The notes under the pieces are model-generated. The model saw only the letters and a list, made by a program, of their open reading frames with translations, was not told where the DNA came from and made no database searches. This document shows positions 37,900 through 51,086 of a stretch of 64,000 nt of DNA, piece after piece (positions within the stretch are counted from its first letter, which is position 1; every line of letters begins with the position of its first letter). Made by a program: the position numbers and the translations under genes. The DNA is taken from assembly GCA_951406725.2 (NCBI GenBank), contig OX597814.1, forward strand, positions 34,658,001-34,722,000. The letters are read 5' to 3'. Origin of the DNA: Octopus vulgaris. Lineage: Eukaryota.

Positions 37900-39930
37900 G
37901 AAATTCAACTTAGATTAACTTAGATGTGTTCAGGCCAAAATTGGACCAGGCCATGTATAACTTAATAGTACTACCTGATCGAAATGGTAAACCATTAAGT
38001 CGTGTTCTTTGGCATCATACCAATTCAAGTAGATATTTGTTGGTGACTGAAATGCAGCCAAGTATTAATGGCTTCTTTTGTATCCCTTAAAGAAAATTGT
38101 CCAGAAATCGTTTGGACATAACAGAATATTTTCCTTCTTTGATTTGTTATGGGATAAAACTAGACTGAGTAGGGCTTGTAGAGGAAAAGTAACTGTGTTG
38201 CAGTATATTTATGTGTTGTGCGCCTGATTTGTGTAACGGACAAATGGAAAAGTTCTCAGACTTGGATGAATTTTAAACTTGATGTTAAGGTAGTTTCGTG
38301 TCATATTCTCCAAATTGTGAAAATGTTATAACAGTCACGGCAGCGTTGGGGATGAGAGTGTTTCAATCTTTGAATGTGGTCCCAATAGTCAAGATCAGTC
38401 ATGCCATATAGTTTTCTTTTCTATAATTGTTCTCTAGTGTGCCTCAATTCTCATAATGTTTTGTTTTAGAATGAGGAGTCCACAAGTGACAATAGTATTA
38501 TTAGTGTGACCGTACAAAGGAGAGGAACACAAGGATGACACAAGGAAAGTTCTGAGGATCTATGAGCTGATTGTGAGATCCATGTTAACTTTATTGATGA
38601 TGTGAGCACTCCAGATGAGGCTGTCTTCAACAATTACTTCAAAGTCTCAAATAGTTTTGGATGCCATGAGTGTTTCCAAATTAAATGAGTTTAAATTTTC
38701 CCTCATTTAATGACATGCTGTTTTTACCAGCACGTTGACATCAGCATGTTGATCAGACTAGAATTTTGTTCGGTCTTTTCCACTGGCAAGCTTTTGAAAA
38801 TTGGTGTCTGTTTATATTGATTATAAAGGGAAGTGAGACACACAATCACTTGAAGAACATCACTGGTGACTTTCGCTGAGCTTAAGTGGATTCCATTGAT
38901 CATACCATGTTGGGTTCTGTTACCTACGAAATACTTGATACCGTGCTGTAATTTTCCACGGATTCCGATGTCGGATAATATTACAGGATATTGTGGGTGA
39001 CATTGTTGAAGGATTTGTTGAAGTCAAGATATACAACAACAAAGTTCGAGCCCTTCCCAAAACTTAAGGATGTCATTAAAGTTGTGTAGAAGAAATGTTA
39101 GGTTGTGTTTGATGCAACGAAAGCTATGTTGGTTGGAAGTTCAGAGATTGTTGCATGCCAGAAATCAGTTATTCTTCATCTCATAATCAGAGTGAGATTT
39201 GGTGATAGTTAATACTGTGTAACGTGTTTCCTTTTTCGAAAACTGTGATGACAAAATAGTATTAAAATATTTGGCTATGCAACCTGAGTCTAAAAACTTT
39301 TTACAAAGTCATCAGAACACTTGCAATGAATCAATCAAAGTCTGTTGCAGAATAATGATTGGCTTTGTTTAATGCTACAATGATGTCTGACGAGGTGAAA
39401 GTTATTTCGGAGATGATATATTGGGGGATAATTTCATTGAAATAGCCTAAGTTAACCACAGTGGGAAGACAGAGCGATATTGTCTCAGCATGACCTCCGT
39501 CATTTCTTCAGCATCCTGTGAGAGAATGTTATCTATCAGCGTTCCTATGTTTGTTGACAAACGAACAGAACAATTTCAGTTATGTTTGATTATTCAATAA
39601 CAAATCTCCTTTAGAAGCCCATTGCTTGTTGATTTATGCTTTCATGCGGTTCTGCAAATGATATTGTCTCAACTCAAGTGCTCTTATTGCGCTTCATTGC
39701 GGATGCTTTTAGTAGTAGTATTTTAATTGATTAATTTTTTTTATGGAGTCTTTTGACATTCTGATAAGTGTTTTGTTGTCTCTTGGGAGCCTACTTTCGT
39801 TTGTGTTTATGAGTGTTGTTGGAGCAGTGTTATGAACATGTATTAGTGACAGTGTACTCAAATCACTGCCAAGTTGTTCAAATATCAAACAAAGTGTGAA
39901 TGAATTATCATTCGTCATTCTACTTCGTAA
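37900..39930 (-). mobile_element. Decayed CR1-type LINE ORF2 (RT and C-terminus)
   Basis: Minus strand: NQHSFRCIKHNLTFLLHNFNDILK..GSNFVVVYLDFNKSF at ~39150-39005, and RKLYGMTDLDYWDHIQRLKHSHPQRCRDCYNIFTIWRI at ~38420-38305. Confidence 0.8.
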
Positions 39931-40070
39931 AGATCGAGGTACACTGCCGTGACACATACATATTGGATGCACTACCGTGGGGCATACATACATATATGTA
40001 TGCATATATATGTATGAGGAAAATAAGACAAAGTAGAAAATACTAAAATAATTTTATCATAAAGAATATT

Positions 40071-40108
40071 TTAGTACCGGTTTCAGTCATTGCGACTTTT
40101 TCAACTTA
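40071..40108 (-). ncRNA. Minimal type I hammerhead motif with U3-A8 core variant
   Basis: Minus strand: TAAG-TTGAAAA-AGTC-gcaat-GACT-GAAA-ccgg-TA-CTAA. 4-bp stem II, palindromic ACCGGT stem III, GUA triplet; stem I is weak. Confidence 0.55.
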
Positions 40109-40300
40109 ATTATGAAAAACAATTAAATTGTGGAAAAATAAAATAAAATGTTTTCTTTTAAAAAAAATGTCCATAGTTTTCATATGCAAGGGACATTTTC
40201 CTTTTTTCTGCTTGCATCTGGCTCACGTTTTTACTCTTATATGTTCTAGGTAGTTTGATATGAATTCTTCTCTTCGATTGTTTAAGCAGCAGCAGAGGCA

Positions 40301-40333
<33 letters not shown>

Positions 40334-40458
40334 ATGTATGTATATATATATATATAAATATAAATATATACACAAATATATAGACATGCATGTATGTATA
40401 TCTATCTATCTTTCTAACTACCTATCTATCTACCTATCTATCTATCTATCTATCTATC

Positions 40459-40546
<88 letters not shown>

Positions 40547-40671
40547 CTCTCTCTATATATATATATGCGTATACATATGTATGTGTACTTGAATCTCCCG
40601 CTGTCTCTCTCTTTCTCTCTCACTATATCTCTCTCACACACACATACACGCGCGCGCGACACACACATGTA

Positions 40672-40925
40672 AAAGAGTAAAGACCCCATCAGTCATGAAT
40701 GACCATAGGATTGCACCTAAAAATTCTCCCTCCTAGGCACTAGTCCGGGCAAGATTATCTATGGAAGACCAGCAGTTGCCTATGCATACAAGCGTCCCTT
40801 CTCCATGTCAACGATGTTATCCAAGGAAAAGGCGAAAGCAGATACAGCTTCGCACCTGTGACGTCGAAACTCGTTTCTACAGCTGAGTGAACTGGAGCAA
40901 CATGAAATAAAGTATCTTGCTCAAT
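40672..40925 (-). mobile_element. SINE fragment (head lost)
   Basis: Minus strand TTGAGCAAGATACTTTATTTCATGTTGCTCCAGTTCACTCAGCTGTAGAAACGAGT central domain; tail ends in TTTACTCTTTT. Confidence 0.6.
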
Positions 40926-41027
40926 ATATGTATATAGTCAATCCAAACGAGAACAAACATGAAAAAAACTACAACGCGAGGACGTGTGCAAGTACTGTGT
41001 TATCGGACGCTCAGGAAAGGAAAGAAA

Positions 41028-41225
41028 ATCCTTGTGAATCGATTTGGTAGATGGAAACGGAAAGAAGCCCGTCGTATATAAATATATATATATATATATT
41101 ACGTCCCTATAACTAGAATAAGTACTAGGCTTACAAAGAATAAGTTCAGGGGTCGACTTGTTCGACTGAAGGAGGTACTCCTGCACGGTCGCAGTCAAAT
41201 GACTGAAATAAGTACAAATAAAAAT
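41028..41225 (+). mobile_element. 5'-truncated SINE, family of 6952-7250
   Basis: GATTTGGTAGATGGAAAC..GAAGCCCGTCGTATAT..GCAGTCAAATGACTGAAA. Confidence 0.8.
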
Positions 41226-41227
41226 AG

Positions 41228-41288
<61 letters not shown>

Positions 41289-41950
41289 AGGAGAGAGAGA
41301 GAGAGAGGGAGAGAGAGAGAGAGAAACAGAACAAATATTTTCTCCTTTAAGTTTAACTATATAGAATCTCTATAGAATTCAGAGCTACTACTGGAAATTG
41401 CTACATTTCGTAAAGAAATACGTCTTTGTAAACAATTGATCGAAGATAGAAAAATAGGTAATAGGTGTATATGCATATTTCAAAGGTTATTGCCTTTTTA
41501 TCTTCTAAACTTATAATATACTTGGTAGAATATTAGGGTTGCAAAAGAAAGACCGTGTCCTTGCCAGCAATTGATATGTGCATACCAGTTGCCAGGCATG
41601 TTTGTAATATGCGAATTGGTCGCTAAACTTACAGGGCTTTTATGCAACATGTCCGTGGATTGTTGAAGGGTTGGATGTAGTGCTGATGAAAGTACAATAG
41701 CGCCTAAAGTATGTATATACGCCCCTTACGTTGTTTAAATATATGTTTCTGTATACGAAACGTCGTAATTTCATGTGCTAGCTCTAAATTCTATGGAAAA
41801 TCTATAGAGATAAGCTTAAAAGGGAACACACATACGTACATACAAAAATTAACATAAAGTTGCATGCGTAGGATTTCATCTGAGAAGTTGAACGTAAGTT
41901 TATTACACATGCATATACTCTGTCATATATATATATATATATATATATAC

Positions 41951-42398
41951 AAATTGAAGTGGCTACAGCTATAGGCGTACTTCTCAGTGAGCGCAAGGTC
42001 ATTGTCTACCTGGGTGCTTCTATAGTTTTTTTTTCTTTTAGCACCAGATAGAATAACTAAGAATATATACGTAAAGACTTATAGAAAAGTTTGGGGAACA
42101 ATGTAGCTAGTTCAGCAATGTTCTGGTTGGCTGACAGTTGATTTGGGCAAGATAATATACTAGATATTTGGAAAATGGAAGATGAATATGAAATGCTTCA
42201 TTAGCGATGTGTAAGAAAATGGATCAGGCTGAAAGCAAAGAACGTATTTCAGTAAGTATTGAGCAAAATAGTTGCTGCCTAAATTGAAGTGGCTACAGCT
42301 ATAGGCGTACTTCACAGCGAGCTGTGCACAAGGTCATAGTCTACCTGAGTGCTTCTATAGTTTTGTCTTTTAGCATCAGATAGAATAACTAAGAATAT
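41951..42398 (+). repeat. Two ~115-bp direct repeats (41951-42066 and 42281-42398)
   Basis: AAATTGAAGTGGCTACAGCTATAGGCGTACTTC...CAGATAGAATAACTAAGAATAT occurs twice. Confidence 0.9.
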
Positions 42399-42776
42399 TG
42401 CATTCCCCGAAGAACTGCTTTAGACATTGGCAAAAAGTTATTCGCTTGAAAAATTCTTTTAAGCGTAAGTTATGTGAATTAGAAGAATATTGTTTTCAAA
42501 GAATAATGTTTTTCTGGAAAATATATTTTAAAAATGGAAGAGAAATTTTATAGTATTTTCCATATAAACTTGTTCGTTTATTTTGTGTATTTTTATGAAG
42601 CTCAACTTTATAAAAGAACTACATTAGGGAACGCTTTTATTTAACAATTCTGAGTGAATCAACATAACTGGATCAACCGAATATTTCGAAAATCTTTTTA
42701 AAACAAGTTATTCAAAGCATAGTGATTTGTATGGTTGTATTTATTTTAGTTCTGAAGAAACTCGGAAAATGCTGGG

Positions 42777-42833
<57 letters not shown>

Positions 42834-43082
42834 AACTACATATTAGTATTGGGGTGTGTGTGTGTGTGTGTCTGCAGAACTGAATTTGTTTGTCAATGCT
42901 GGCAACACTGCAGTGAACTCAGCTTGATTAATGGCGGTATGAATTATTATTTCGACCTGGAAACCTTGGGTAGCTGCATTTACAAGATGTTTCCTTTTTT
43001 TGTTAAAAGATTATCTTTACTCTCTTAGCAGCTCGAATACTTTCCTACTAATTGAAGCATTATCATATAATATATATATATG

Positions 43083-43113
<31 letters not shown>

Positions 43114-43259
43114 GTAAAGCTCCCCTAGTGGCTAACAAATATTATCATGTTGTGCAATCGAAATTTCACTTCTTATATCTGGAATCCCGTAAATATCCTC
43201 AGAGTTAATATAAGAACACGAACAATAGAAAATAGATTGAGCAATACACCTGTTTTTGC

Positions 43260-43271
43260 ATAACACTACAC

Positions 43272-43324
<53 letters not shown>

Positions 43325-43488
43325 TAGGACGGGCTTCTTCCAGTTTCCGTCTATCAAATCCACTGACAGGGCTTTGGTCGGCCGGATACTACAGTAGAAG
43401 ACACTTGCCCAAGGTGCCACGCAGTGAGACTTAACCCGGAATCATGTGGTTGGTAAGCAAGCTTCTTACCACACAGCCACTCGTGTGC

Positions 43489-43490
<2 letters not shown>
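43260..43490 (-). mobile_element. SINE 5' half with tRNA head, family of 6952-7250
   Basis: Minus strand GAGTGGCTGTGTGGTAAGAAGCTTGCTTACCAACCACATGATTCCGGGTTAAGTCTCACTGCGTGGCACCTTGGGCAAG. Confidence 0.85.
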
Positions 43491-43523
<33 letters not shown>

Positions 43524-43696
43524 AAATACAAAATGGGACAAGAACACAAAACATCCGTACAACTAGGTGATACAAAAAGGGACAACAAAACATTCAGAAA
43601 GACGATACACAAAAAAACAAAAAAAAAAACGAGGACGGGTCATTTGAAGCTTTGTATCCTCAGTCAAGAACGAGATCATCTTCGCAATTTCGGCTG

Positions 43697-43753
<57 letters not shown>

Positions 43754-43756
43754 ATG

Positions 43757-44068
43757 TTGTTATATTTCTGTATTTAATTTTTACCTTGCCTAATAGATAC
43801 ACGTGGTATATATTCGTTGTTCACTTGTTTATTAGTTCTTATTTTATGTCCATTGCCTGGAAATCTTTCGTCACACACCTGTGATCTGTTCAGTGAGATT
43901 CCACCCGACGTGTCTCCTCCTGTTTTGTTTGGTTCATTCTGTCTTTCCATTAGAAAGGTTTCCAGACAACAAACATAAAATAAGAACAGTAATAAACAAC
44001 AACGAATATATAGTACATGTGTTTACTTGGCAAGAGAAAAAAAACAACATTATCCTGAAATATAACAA
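43757..44068. repeat. Imperfect inverted repeat, ~115-bp arms
   Basis: TTGTTATATTTC / GAAATATAACAA; GTTCTTATTTTATGT..CTGGAAATCTTTC / GAAAGGTTTCCAG..ACATAAAATAAGAAC. Confidence 0.8.
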
Positions 44069-45258
44069 TATCTGTTTCAACACCCGATTTCACACCATGA
44101 ATTTTGCAAAACAATTTCATAAACGATATATACTATGATTATATATATAATATTTGTTGCAAAGAATTATTTGATGAACGGAATAGATTGCTTAAAATTT
44201 CATTTTCACAAATATTCAGTTACGGCGGCGGGTTCAACGCTATTGACTTTATTGAGCAGAATAAATGAATATTACAACATGTATGGGATTTTCTACTGGT
44301 AAACAGCATAAAGGTACTAAAATATCCATTATCATCTACGGGGTTAGCAGAATCAGATTAACGAACAGATATTTAAAATTGAGAATTTTGTATCCACCGT
44401 AGTTTTAAGAATAAACAAAAGAAAACCGACATGTGATGAATATTCCTAGTTTTTTTTGTTACTTTCTCTTACAAAATCAATTGCAGTCGCCATTGTAAAG
44501 AAAGGAAAATAATCCAAGGCCTTGTGTAATATATTTAGTTTCACCACCTTAATTGGTGCTAAAATCCAACTGCATTTCAATTACCTCTGAAGAACGCTTT
44601 AAACTACATAATACTGTAAGAAAAGTGAGAAGAAGCAGTTTCAACCTCATTTTGTAGTCTCCTTTTAGATGTTAATTTAACATAATAATGTTTGAATGCG
44701 CTCTGTGTTTTGAAACGACTTTTTCTTTAAGAAATACTCTCATTTCTTGCAATGCCTACTTAAAGCTGAAACTAATAATTCTCTAAGGTAGTAGAGGGTT
44801 AAACAGAGAAGTCATCACAAAATATTTCATTCCTATACACGACATTTCTGACTTGGCAGAAAACCTAATTCAACACCTGGCACGTTGTATACTATAATGT
44901 TCTAGTCTACTACAGCAGATAAATATATCTGCAGAGTGGGCAAATTATTACACATCTTTATTCCCATCGGTACACGCATTTATTCTATAGTTTTTTTACT
45001 CAACCTTTTACAATGCCCCTGTAGCTACTCTTAGCCTTTTCCTTCTTTCTCTCTCCTAATTCTTGTCTCCTTCTCTCTCTTCTCTTGCCACTATTCTCGC
45101 CGTCCAATACCTTTTACTACTGCTAATGTTTATTGTTATACATGCACACAGATAATGATTACCACCAGAATATTGATTAGAAAAGAATTAAGTATGATAA
45201 TGAAAAATCATCATCTTCATTATCATCATCATCTTTATTATCGTCGTTGCGTCCTGTG

Positions 45259-45325
<67 letters not shown>

Positions 45326-45326
<1 letters not shown>

Positions 45327-45616
45327 GCCCTGATGCAGTACCGGGCAGTGGCTCTCGTGGCTTCTGATCTTGACTGATTGGAAGTGTTATCATGTACATT
45401 GATTTGTCTTGGTATAAAAGATGGGCTACAGCAAATATTCTACTCAATACCACAGATTTGCTTGCCAGTTGTTTACCCTTAACCAGTTGACCATGATCCT
45501 TTGTGGCTGACGATATGTGCATCTCTGATCATGAGCAGAAGTAGTGGGGGAGCATCATAGCCATGTGCTGAGAGGGATTCTTGGGGGTTTGAATACTTCA
45601 ACTTTGGAAGCATGGG
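45326..45616. mobile_element. Partial copy of the ~555-bp (TAA)n-inserted non-coding element
   Basis: Matches 54269-54560. Confidence 0.9.
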
Positions 45617-46075
45617 CCTCTGTCTATGATTCTTAAGTCGAATGTGCAAGTCATAAATTTGTAGTCTGTATAGGCTATTAAAAGGTTTGCGCCCCACACT
45701 ATCATTATATGCTAATGTAACGAACACACGAACACTCTAGTTGATTACGAAGTGGGTGACACAAATGATTGCTGCATACCTATGTACGAGAATATTTAGG
45801 AAATCCATGTCGGTATCTCATAGTCGTTTGAAATTCTTCGAATAGGTCTGCGAAGTTTGTGGAGGTCCTTCTATAGATTAAATCTACGCAATTCCATCGT
45901 ATATCTAAGATGCAATTCCAATCCTCCACTCGTACTAAGGAACTGAGTATTCTTAGAAATGTTCGTACACGTCTAATGAAGTCCGGTCGTCCAGTTTCGG
46001 CTCATGGATACACGTTGTAACGCTTTTAGTGTGATGAAAATAATGATGATGATAATGATGATGATGATGATGATG

Positions 46076-46146
<71 letters not shown>

Positions 46147-46425
46147 CCTTTCCACTAAAGGCAAAGTTGACTTCAGGATTTGGTAAGGACGACCGAAATG
46201 CCGCTAAACATTTTGCCCGGGGTGATAACGAATCTGCCATCTCGTCGCCTTAAAAATAATGATAATAATGATGATAATAATAATGATAATAATAATAATA
46301 ATAATATTATAATAATAATCCTTTCTACTAAAGGCAAAGTCGACCTCAGGATTTGGTAAGGACGACCGAAATGCCGCTAAACATTTTGCCCGGTGTGATA
46401 ACGAATCTCCCATCTCGTCGCCTTA
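46147..46425 (-). mobile_element. Two tandem SINE head fragments separated by (TAA)n
   Basis: 46147-46252 and 46319-46425 are nearly identical and match the reverse of the 20198-family head. Confidence 0.8.
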
Positions 46426-46444
46426 AAATAATGATAATAATGAT

Positions 46445-46558
<114 letters not shown>

Positions 46559-46569
46559 GATATAGAAGA

Positions 46570-49020
46570 TGTCTTTCAATTTTATTTTTGCTCATTTCAA
46601 ATTTTATCTGTTCTCCCTTTTCTGGATGATCCTCATAATGCACAATGCACATTACACGAAAACAAGAAGCAAAGTTTTGTTCAATACAGAAGACATCAAG
46701 GTAACAATTTTGGAAAACTATGTGGTACATAATGATGGTAGACTGTTATATTTGCGACAAGAGATATCGAAGAAGTCATTGAAAGCTCAATGATTTCAAG
46801 AATAGAAAGACGAACGAGAGAACAAATTGCTAAACGGAGCAACAAACAAAATATACTGAAAATTCAGAATGATGGTTTTATCTAATCTATGAAAACTTAA
46901 AACAGAAACTGAATCAGTAACTAGAACCACTCGGGAACAAATTATTTGTATGAATTCGATAAGCACAAAAATTGATAAAAACATAGATAGTAAACAAAGA
47001 AAGCAGACAAAAGTAATACCCATCTTGAAGGAGAGTGTGTTGAGCTACCAGATAAAGAATATGAACGGAGGCATGAGTGGGATGAGGAAAATGTCCAGAG
47101 ATATTTGTAGATCTGTAGATCTGAAGTATGAATACAAGCCAGGAACTGCCAGAGTGAATGATAATTTCAAATTTTATATGAGTTCTCCATTGAGACTAAT
47201 CATACAATCGAATTAAGGAGACGATATGTGATCGTGAAGGAGGGGAAGTACAAACAGTGTAAATCATAAACTTTGCAATCCCAATGTGATAATAGACTGG
47301 ATATCAAAGAAACCGAGAAAATCGATAGATATCAGGATCATATAAGATAGATGAAGAGATTGCGGAACACTAAGAAGAACATTTCTTCTGACGTAATTGA
47401 CACCTAGCAGTATGTCCGAAGTAATATCTAAGGCGTTGAAGAAACTGGAATTGTTATACGTGTTGCCTGCTTGCAGAAAAGTGCCATCCTATATTCTAAT
47501 AAATTTTCTTGCGATTTGTGGAGTCATGATGTTACTAAACCTGAGCACAAATCACCGCTATAATAACAATAACAATATTATTTTTTGATTTACGCACAAG
47601 ACTAGCAATTTTGTGAGTAGAGGAATTAGCTAATGCCATCGAATCAAGGACTCGGTTGCTAATTATTTTATCGATCACAAATGGATAGAAGTCAAAGTCG
47701 GCATCGTGAATTGAAATCAGAATTATAAGAAGAAACATAGATGCCCTAACTACTTTACCAGTTTACTTCAAAGCATATTTTAGCATTCCACGCTCCTGGA
47801 TACAAGAGTCACAGTACATAAGCAAAGCAAGTCCAAACCAATGAAATACAGTATTCCTTTCAAGTCAAACTAGAAAATAGTAACATCACTAAAAGGTAAA
47901 GAGGAAATAATTACATACGGTATTGTACTCAAAAGGAATGAAATCAGCCAATAAAAGATGCATGATACTCCTACCCTTTAACCCAGGTCTGGCACCACAT
48001 AAACCTATTGAAGAAATCCATTGCTAGTTACGGATACAATGGCTATGCTATAAACCATCTTCAAATAGACGAGTTGAAATATTTACAAGGAGTTGTACCT
48101 GATTGAAAAATCTCCACCATGTTGTTCATAAATTCAACCAAACATAAACTTTGAAAATAGGATACGACAAATGTGTGAAAGCTGGTAGAAGACTGGTAGA
48201 AATTAACTATAGACAATTAAATGAAATATTGATAGCGAAATCTGAGCATTAACTCTGAGCCAAACATAAAATACTTCGGACCAGATGAAACTGATATAAT
48301 ACAACAGACTGATATGAATGATAAAATTAGAAAAGAGAACTATAGAATAGTGATACTAAACCCGAACTCAATACTAGAACCATGATAGGAGTTATAAACG
48401 CTTCAGCTGTAATAAACAGTTTCAACATAAAGTAGAATTTATGCGAAATAACAAAATCATAGATACAAAAAAATCATAAAAAAAACAGGGTAACTTCTGA
48501 CAGCGTTGCTAACCCACCACGCTAAACTAATATAGATAGACTATACTTTTAAATAGAAAAATCTACGCAGTAAAATATACTGAGGAAAGATGGAGAACAA
48601 AAGATCTTTGCATAATCAATCCTGCGATAGTCGATGAAGAGGAAATGGAACCAAAGTGAAAACAACAATGATCCAAAAGCTCTGGGTTAAAAGCAACCGC
48701 ACAAGATCTGGTTCCAGCTATAGAAAACCAATACCTAACTTGAAAAAGATACACAAATAATATAACGAAAATGTTAAAATCGAGAGGTTTGACCTCATCA
48801 TTTTTGACTGCTGAATTCTTGCAAAGTCTGAGTACATAAAGCATTAGAAACGAGTCAGTATCCTTGTGTCCACTGGGCTAAATATCAACGTATCGAGATT
48901 AAAAGGTATAAGAAGTGGTATTAACATATACTAAAGAGGATAGATGAAAATCATCTGAACACAGTCACTCAGGACATGATCATCCAAACTGAAAACGAGA
49001 TCAAAGCAACTCGTAAGTTA
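46570..49020 (+). mobile_element. Old decayed R4/Dong-type LINE (RT to endonuclease), interrupted by a SINE at ~47590-47770
   Basis: FWKTMW (~46710), INHLQIDELK as degenerate HL.YMDDLK (~48050), SGLKATAQDLVPAIENQYLT (~48680), DMIIQTENEIKATR (~48975). Confidence 0.65.
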
Positions 49021-49025
49021 TAAAG

Positions 49026-49137
<112 letters not shown>

Positions 49138-49186
49138 TAAATAATAATAATAATAATGATAATAATAATAATAATAATAATAATAA

Positions 49187-49262
<76 letters not shown>

Positions 49263-49270
49263 TTAATAAA

Positions 49271-49823
49271 TGCTCTGATGCAGTACCAGGCAATGGCTTT
49301 CATGGCTGCTGATCTTAACTGATTGGAAGTGTTGTCATGTACATTGTTTTGTCTTGGTATAAAAGATTGGCTACTGCAAATATTCTGCTCAATACCACCG
49401 ATTTGCTTGTCAGTTGTTTGACCATAACCAGTTGAGCATGCTCCATAGTGCTGACAATATGTGCATCTCTGATCACAAGCAGAAGTAGTGGGGAAGCATC
49501 ATAACCGTGTCTTGAAAGGAATGCTTGGAGGTTAGGATAATTCACCTTTGGAACCATGGGTGGTTCGTTCAACATCCTTAAACAACCCGTATTCAGGGAC
49601 CTTTTGAACGGGATGGGCTACCAACTAGAAGAGAATTCTAACTGGGCCCCACATGCAAGGTCATGAGCTGTTTATCTTGATATGAGATCACCATGTCGCG
49701 CTCATATGGTTGTGATGCATGTGCCTGGTGCACCCTTATCAGACGGGTAGTCATGATGGGTATATTGGGCTTCGTATATTTTACCCCAGTGTCACTTTGA
49801 TGGCATGCACTACTCTCTCACTC
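49271..49823. mobile_element. Full copy of the ~555-bp (TAA)n-inserted element
   Basis: Colinear with 54269-54824; (TAA)n on both sides. Confidence 0.92.
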
Positions 49824-49824
49824 C

Positions 49825-49915
<91 letters not shown>

Positions 49916-50018
49916 CAACAACAACAACAACAATAAGAAGAACAACAACAATAATAAAAACAACAACAACAACAACAATAATAATAATAATAATAATAAT
50001 AATCTTATTATTATTATT

Positions 50019-51016
50019 GCCTTTGCACAGCTTCTAACGCTGTTTACTACCAGTGAACTAATGTAAAACCCCTTATTTTTCGAGCACCTTCAGGAGTATT
50101 CGAGCGTTTCCAAGCAGTACTGTTTACTGCAAATTCTCCACCCTTATTGCAGCCCCTATTTGTTCCACGTACTTCTCGAGATTTGTGCTCACTGTTCCCA
50201 GGGCTCCGACAATTATTGGTACTACTGCTACCGTTTTTATCGACCACAACTGTTTAACTTCCCAATCTAACCTGTCATATCTCTCAACTTTTCTTTCTTC
50301 CTTATCGCATACATTGTTGTCAACTGGGCATGCTATATTTATGATCTAGCATAGTTTGCTTTCCTTTTCAAGATTATGTCTGGCTTCCTATTCTCTATCT
50401 CAAGGTCACACTAAATCGTAAAATCTCTCAGGATCTTTGTATTATCATTTTCTATAATACCTTCGAATTTATGGTCGTACGAATGTTTTGCTCTGTCAAG
50501 TCCATACTTGTTGCAAAGTGTCTAATGCACAAGCCTTGCTATATTGTCGTGGCGTTTCATATACTCCTTCTGGGCTAGTGGCGTACATGGCTGGTAATAT
50601 GCCATACCGTTTCATCATTTTGTCCACAAATTCTGCATTTATCACCTGATGTGTTGTCTATTCTTTATTTTATGTAATTTGTTCTTATTGCTTGCCTTTG
50701 GGCAGCACAGATTAGAGCCCCCGTTTCCGGTTTTAAATCACTTTTAGTCATCCACAGCCAACTTCTTTTCTCTGTCTGTGTTATCTTCGACATCCCTATG
50801 AAATTGACCATAAATTCTTTTCTTTACCCACCTATTTTCAGTTTCATTCGTTTTCAATTGCTTGTACAGTGCTTTGTGTTTGAAATCTTTCATCCTACAC
50901 AAGCCGAACCCTCTTACTTCTAATAATTGCGGTTCTGTAGCATTTTTTACATACCATACTATATTGTATTCTTCTGCTCTAATGCTGTGTTCGCATTCAA
51001 TAATCTTCCTCCTCTC

Positions 51017-51017
<1 letters not shown>
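50019..51017 (-). mobile_element. 5'-truncated R4/Dong-type LINE with 3' UTR
   Basis: Reverse homologue of 55331-56102 (DLKPETGALICAAQ.., CRICGQ, RHD, KPD); (TTA)n on both sides. Confidence 0.9.
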
Positions 51018-51085
<68 letters not shown>

Positions 51086-51086
<1 letters not shown>

